Part shown: one piece after another, positions 56,867-64,000 of the stretch
How positions within the stretch are numbered: position 1 is the stretch's first letter
How the letters are laid out: each line of letters starts with the position of its first letter
DNA from: Eledone cirrhosa
Taxonomy: Eukaryota
Direction: 5' to 3'
NCBI GenBank assembly: GCA_964016885.1
Contig: OZ024749.1
Span: 50,716,001 to 50,780,000, forward strand
Length of the DNA stretch: 64,000 nucleotides
Translations under genes and position numbers: made by a program
Notes under the pieces: model-generated
Database searches by the model: none
Told to the model about the DNA's origin: nothing
What the model saw: only the letters and a program-made list of their open reading frames with translations

Positions 56867-56936
<70 letters not shown>

Positions 56937-56983
56937 GTGTATATGATTGTATCTATGTACATATATGTATATATATATATATA

Positions 56984-57180
56984 TAACGGGGGAGTTGTGG
57001 TAAGGAACCAGATGGACCATAACGCACCAGAGTACTCAATACTTAGAGTAGTAGAGTGGGTAATAGGAGAAAGTATGACCCCGACGGCTGAGCTCAAGCC
57101 GTTTCGACGGCTATTTCTGGAGTCCAGAAGTAACCGTCGAAACGGCTTGAGCTATGCCGTCGGGGTCAAACTTTATCCTA
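56984..57180 (+). mobile_element. Family A element (complete)
   Basis: Head plus hairpin, flanked by (TA)n. Confidence 0.85.
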
Positions 57181-57959
57181 TATATATATATATCCAAGTA
57201 TCTATGTAAATATATTTATGTATATATATATATATATAACGTAATATATGTAATATATATATATATAAATATACAAGTATATATGTAAATATATTTATGT
57301 ATGTATATATATATATATATATATAACGTAATATATGTAATACATATATATATATATACAAGTATATATGTAAATATATTTATGTATGTATGTATATATA
57401 TATATATATATAACGTAATATATGTAATACATTCATATATAGAATATATTTCTGCCGATATATATATAATGCCATCAGAATATTATGTTGATTTTCTGTC
57501 AAACCTAAACTTGGTTCAGTAAGCATGTTTAGATAAACTGAAACATACATACACACATATACATATATACACACATATACATACACACAGCACCAGCACA
57601 CCACCACTCTACCATACAATACTACACACAGACACATACACAAAGAACACTCATACTCGCACGCACTCACACACTAGCATATAGAAATAATTTAAATAAC
57701 AAACATACACGTACACGCATATATATATATATATATATATATAGTCTGTGTGTGTATGTCTGTATGTATGCATACATACATAAATATTGAAATAATTAGA
57801 AAGAGATAAACAGACAGTCATGTTAAGAACGATGTTGATTTTCTGTCAAAGTGGAACTGTTTAGAGAGAAGACATACTTAGAATTACATCTTAACAAATC
57901 ATCTTCCACTAACAAAAAGTCTATATACACGCGTAAATCTATACATGTGTATATATATA

Positions 57960-58026
<67 letters not shown>

Positions 58027-58079
58027 ATGTATATATATGCATGTATATATATATGTATATATATATATATATTTATATA

Positions 58080-58119
<40 letters not shown>

Positions 58120-58213
58120 CATATATATATCTTTGTGTTTATTTATTTATACACAGGTAAATCAATGTATATATATATGTGTGTGTGTCTGTGTCTTTGT
58201 ATGTGTTCATATA

Positions 58214-58251
<38 letters not shown>

Positions 58252-58267
58252 TATATATATGTGTGTA

Positions 58268-58331
<64 letters not shown>

Positions 58332-59597
58332 CATACATACATATATTTACATATGTGTTTATATTTTAGTGCTTTTGAATGATTCTATGATTGTGTATAA
58401 TTGTGTGCGTGAAATTATATACGCATAGAAATATGTTCATGCATACAACCACACAGCAATACACATACATATATGCATGCACACTTACATGTAAAACTAT
58501 GTAACATTTTATATAGAGTATATTTATCAATATATGACCAATAAAATATATAGCGTTTCAGTTTGAATTTCGTTTATAGTATATATATTTTCCACTGAAA
58601 TTACTCTAAATGGGAGGGGGTAAAAATTGTGTATTACATTTTCGTTTCAAAAGTAAAACAATGTCTATTGATTGCATGTTAAATGTTTGCAAAAATATTA
58701 TCATAAAGAATATATAAATCAAAATAGGTTTTGTTCTTCTGACTTAAAGAGGGCGTGTATTGTCTGGGTGAAATTATGAAAGGTTAAGTGTTTCCGTTAT
58801 CCTAGTTATTTTCAGGCGATGTGTTCATCATATTGCTGTTAGTAAAAGGTGGGACAGAAAAAACCTCCTATAATTTACACAATAAACCGTTGAAATGTGG
58901 GAGGTGTTTTCGTCGCACCCTGCATAATATATATCCCAGTTTATGTAAGAAACTGAATAGAGACATCGATGAAACGGAGAAGATTTGAGAGTGGTATCTT
59001 TCACATGCCTGGATTTCTTTAGGTAGTCTACAAATAAGCATAGATTTGTATTAGCATTTGGAAAACGTTTATATTTAAATACCTGGTGCGTGCTTCATCC
59101 GTGATTCTTCATAAAAGAATGTTGTCTTATAAGTAATACACTTGTCAGAATCTGGTTCCCATTCGCAGATAGCTAGACAAGCTAAACCAAGTTAAATCGA
59201 CATGGTACAGATATGTAATACAGAATTACACTGAATGAAACACATACACTTAATTTGAATTCGTGACATTTAAAGATATCTTAGTGCAGTCACATATTCA
59301 GACATTGTTCACATACGTCTGCATCTGTCTTTCTTTACCTGAAGTTTTCTCTGTCTCTTTAGAAATGTGAAGGGCACAAAAGTGGAATGTCGTCTAAAGT
59401 ATATCGCTCAAAGTGTGAGCATGCATATGTATGTATAGGAGATATATAAAAGCTGTTTCCCCCCAAAAAATCATGTCATTTGAGATGTAAATATCCTAGA
59501 AACGAAAAGTTCTAAGACAAGGAGACTGAGCAGGCTTAATGTTGAGCAGCATATGATCTATTCCTCATAATTTGTCAACGTGTAGACTGGTCTAATG

Positions 59598-59793
59598 CAG
59601 GCATGTCAAATATGCGGCCCGCAAGCCGCATGCGGCTCTTTAAAAGTACACCTGCGGCCCGCATAAAGGTTTTTTTCAACGCGAGCGTAATATAAACAAA
59701 AACATATTAGTTGTAATGTGCGCAATTAGTTATCATGTGTGGCCCGCTGACAACACATATATGACACGTGTGGCCCTCAGTTTGATATGGCTG
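59598..59793. mobile_element. hAT (Charlie-like) MITE
   Basis: TIRs caggcatgtcaaa / tttgatatggctg, repeated subterminal (gc)ggcccgc motifs, 8-bp TSD gtctaatg / gtctaagg (7/8 match). Confidence 0.8.
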
Positions 59794-59994
59794 GTCTAAG
59801 GTACTTAATGTGAGTTAAATAGTCTAGTGACAATTAATGTAGTGTCAACATTACAACACTAATTCACAATATACATTTTAATGTGACAATAGGTCAATGA
59901 TATCTAGTTCTTTTAAACACCCTGTACATGTATTTATATATACATTCATACATCTTGAGCGACATATATTAGGCGACATTCTAGTTGCTAGTCG

Positions 59995-60047
<53 letters not shown>

Positions 60048-60050
<3 letters not shown>

Positions 60051-60242
60051 CGAAGGAATTGTGGTAAGGAACCAGATGGACGATAACGCAACAAGAGTAC
60101 TCAATACTTAGGGTAGTAGATTGGGAAATAGTAAAAAGTATGACCTCGGCGGCAGAACTCAAGCCGTTTCGACGGCTATTTCTGGACAGAAATGGCCGTC
60201 GAAACGGCTTGAGCTCTGCCGTCGGGGTCATACTTTTTCCTA
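60048..60242 (+). mobile_element. Family A element (complete)
   Basis: Head plus hairpin, flanked by (TA)n. Confidence 0.85.
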
Positions 60243-60569
60243 TATATATATATATATATGTCTCTGAGTATATATATGTGTGTCTGTGTATGTGTGTGTG
60301 CATATGGAGGACGCAAGCACAGAAAGTGAAAACTAAATATATATAGAAATAAGATATAAATGAAGGGGTACTAAAAAAGATAGAGAATATGTGACAAAGA
60401 TGAGGAGGCGGTGAATGTGTAGAAGTTACACAGGGAAGGAAGAAGAAAGTAAAATAGAGAGGATATAGAAAGAAGGAAGGAAAGAATGAATAAAGGAAAG
60501 AAAACGACAAGACAATATAATAGAGCGAACGATTATAGTGAAAAGATACATATGACATCAAAATGCATT

Positions 60570-60654
<85 letters not shown>

Positions 60655-60667
60655 ATATATATATATG

Positions 60668-60716
<49 letters not shown>

Positions 60717-60717
60717 A

Positions 60718-60787
<70 letters not shown>

Positions 60788-60794
60788 TATATAT

Positions 60795-60864
<70 letters not shown>

Positions 60865-60865
60865 T

Positions 60866-60918
<53 letters not shown>

Positions 60919-60938
60919 GTACATATACATATACATTG

Positions 60939-60990
<52 letters not shown>

Positions 60991-61017
60991 ATACATATAC
61001 ATATATATATTATATAT

Positions 61018-61048
<31 letters not shown>

Positions 61049-61169
61049 GTGTGTGTATAAATATACATATATATATATATTCCAGGGTATGGTTTCCATT
61101 TAAATGAATACAACTTATAAAAGAGAAAGAGGGATCCTTGAAAATAGATTGATTTTTGTATATATATAC

Positions 61170-61276
<107 letters not shown>

Positions 61277-61330
61277 GTATATATATATATACATATATGC
61301 ATATTCACAAATTCATATCACACACATATA

Positions 61331-61380
<50 letters not shown>

Positions 61381-61810
61381 GAAAGTGAGGGAGGAAAGGA
61401 AAGAGTGGGGGGATGAGGATAAGAGGGTGCTGTAATGGGATGAAACTCTATAGTGGTATTAGGATTGTGTAAAAGAATGCCGTGGGAGAAAGGAAGGATA
61501 TGTATGACACTAGAAATAATAAAAAAAAATGAAAATAATGAATACGTATATATATATACATATATATATAAATACATATAAATATACCTATATTTATACA
61601 TATATACATATATATTATATATGTATTATATATGATATATTATATATACATATATATTATATATGTATTATATATGATATATTATATATACATATATTAT
61701 TATTATTTATATATTTATATATAATATAAAATATATAATATATATAATATATCATATATAATACATATATATATATATAATATATATATATAATATATGT
61801 ATATATATCA

Positions 61811-61882
<72 letters not shown>

Positions 61883-62042
61883 ACAAAGTAGAAAAAATAA
61901 TTCCGTTAAAAAAAGCTGTAAAGAGAAAAAAAATGTCTGAAGTTTAAGACACCAAATAAGAGATGTATTAATGTGTGTGGGGGGGGGGGGCTTATTACCA
62001 TCATAAGATAAAGAAAGAAGAAAAAAATATACTTATATATAC

Positions 62043-62095
<53 letters not shown>

Positions 62096-62581
62096 TAGAT
62101 ATAGATATATATATAGAAAGATAGAGACGTCGCATTTACGATTCAAACGGGAAAATCTGATGTTAACCGAATCACAAAAGATTTCTCCAGAATCGAATCA
62201 GATATAGCTTGAATGGTGACGCTATGAGGCAAGAAAATGATGCAGAATTCTATAAAACGTTTTATCCAACGTTGGGAAAGCTAAAATTGTCAGTAACACA
62301 TGCATTAATTTTCGGACTGTCAATAATCATTATATTCAACCTAAAGTGTCTTTGTCTGGATTTTCTTTATATCTGCTGTCCATTTTTCAAGATTTCATTG
62401 GTTCCAAATTTGGACACAAAGACGCACTCTTGCACACGCACACTCATACACACACACCCACACTAATATATACACACACATACACACAGACAGACAGAGA
62501 TAAAGAGAGAGAGAGAGAGAGAGAGAGAGGGGAGAGAGAGAGAGAGAGAGAGAGAGAGACGCACTCTTACAGACGCACACT

Positions 62582-62615
<34 letters not shown>

Positions 62616-62675
62616 TATATACACACACATACACACAGACAGACAGAGATAAAGAGAGAGAGAGAGAGAGAGTGA

Positions 62676-62749
<74 letters not shown>

Positions 62750-62948
62750 GACATAGTCGTGCATACATCAGTGAAACGTATGTACATATACATTCTATAT
62801 CATGAACATCCATTTTATATATACGTTTATATATGTAAGCATTTATATTATATAATGTATGATATATATAATTATGTATAAATTATGCATATAATATTTA
62901 TATATATATATATATAGTAATAAGAAATTTGAAGACTAAAATATTTTA

Positions 62949-63051
<103 letters not shown>

Positions 63052-63148
63052 TATACACGTCTTTCTGTGTGTGGCACACACACATATATATGCATATATA
63101 CAAATATGTGTGTGTATATATGTCTCTCTCTCTCTATATATATATATA

Positions 63149-63221
<73 letters not shown>

Positions 63222-63255
63222 TATATATATATATTATATATATATGTATTATATA

Positions 63256-63321
<66 letters not shown>

Positions 63322-63522
63322 ATAATAATACACGGACAAATTTTAAATTTTAAATTTTAAATTTGTTTCGCAACAATTAATTGAATGTTCCTACAAGCAA
63401 GCCGTATTATTTTAATTAGTATTTTTCAATCTAGCTAACTTGGTCATTTGCAATGCGAACACATGTATACTTGTATCAGTGTTTATCCCTATCATATATT
63501 CATTTGTATATATATATATATA

Positions 63523-64000
63523 TGGTGGCTGCCAACTCGTTTTCGAGTACGGCCACTACTTTATATACATGTAGGAGAACACCTACCGATGCGCTGAACG
63601 AGTGTGACTTTTTAGTCCAGCCAGCGACTTGAAAACTCTGGTACAAACACTACACTTGTGACAATTATTGACACATAGTGCTGGGCCCATGGTACCATGT
63701 GACGACAAGTGCAGAGAGATCTCCAGATATAAAGCAATACCTGTGCCGTGAAGCTTTTATAGTGAGCAAAGGCACTGCACAAAGCCAGTCCCACTCTCTT
63801 AACCAAGATGATATTTACCAAAAAGAAGAACAAGTCAACATCATTGGATACCATTAGGGTTGTAGGTGTTATATCAGAGTTTTCCTTCTCCTAGAATTCT
63901 GCCTTGACAAAGGCTAAGGGATCATCTCTCCCAGTGATATTGGATGGAAATTGACTCTTAAGAGCACCTTTGCCCTTTGACAGGTTTTATTTTTAGCCCT
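63523..64000 (-). mobile_element. Family G repeat, second copy (runs off the window end)
   Basis: Reverse complement of ~5125-5601 with scattered substitutions; abuts (TA)n. Confidence 0.8.

Noticed and set aside
59908-59927. Tc1/mariner-like end (ttttaaacaccctgta)
   Set aside because: No matching opposite terminus was found.

Overview
This is very AT-rich, microsatellite-saturated eukaryotic non-coding DNA (intergenic or intronic). The (TA)n/(CA)n/(GA)n density and SINE content suggest a cephalopod such as Octopus, which is an inference. I can support no intact host gene; nearly all ORFs in the supplied track are translations of microsatellites (YIYI, CVCV, poly-V/T, SLSL). The non-microsatellite fraction contains two abundant tRNA-derived SINE families (often in head-to-tail arrays), 3' fragments of RTE-type and probable L1/Tx1 and CR1/L2 LINEs, a hAT-type MITE and possible Helitron remnants. 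The most interesting signal is a dense set of short (TA)n-associated elements. Nine type I hammerhead-ribozyme-like motifs are present: four with intact cores (12402, 17566, 23185, 38163) and five variants (7077, 8617, 36606, 40153, 50330). An 11-copy family consists of a conserved ~80-nt head plus a long hairpin whose arms co-vary copy by copy. There are also many fold-back palindromes, with arms up to 313 bp, several of which pivot on a hammerhead helix II or another element-internal hairpin. Together this looks like a Penelope-like/retrozyme-type, microsatellite-targeting retroelement system that generates inverted duplications. All calls are by eye; no database search or folding program was run.
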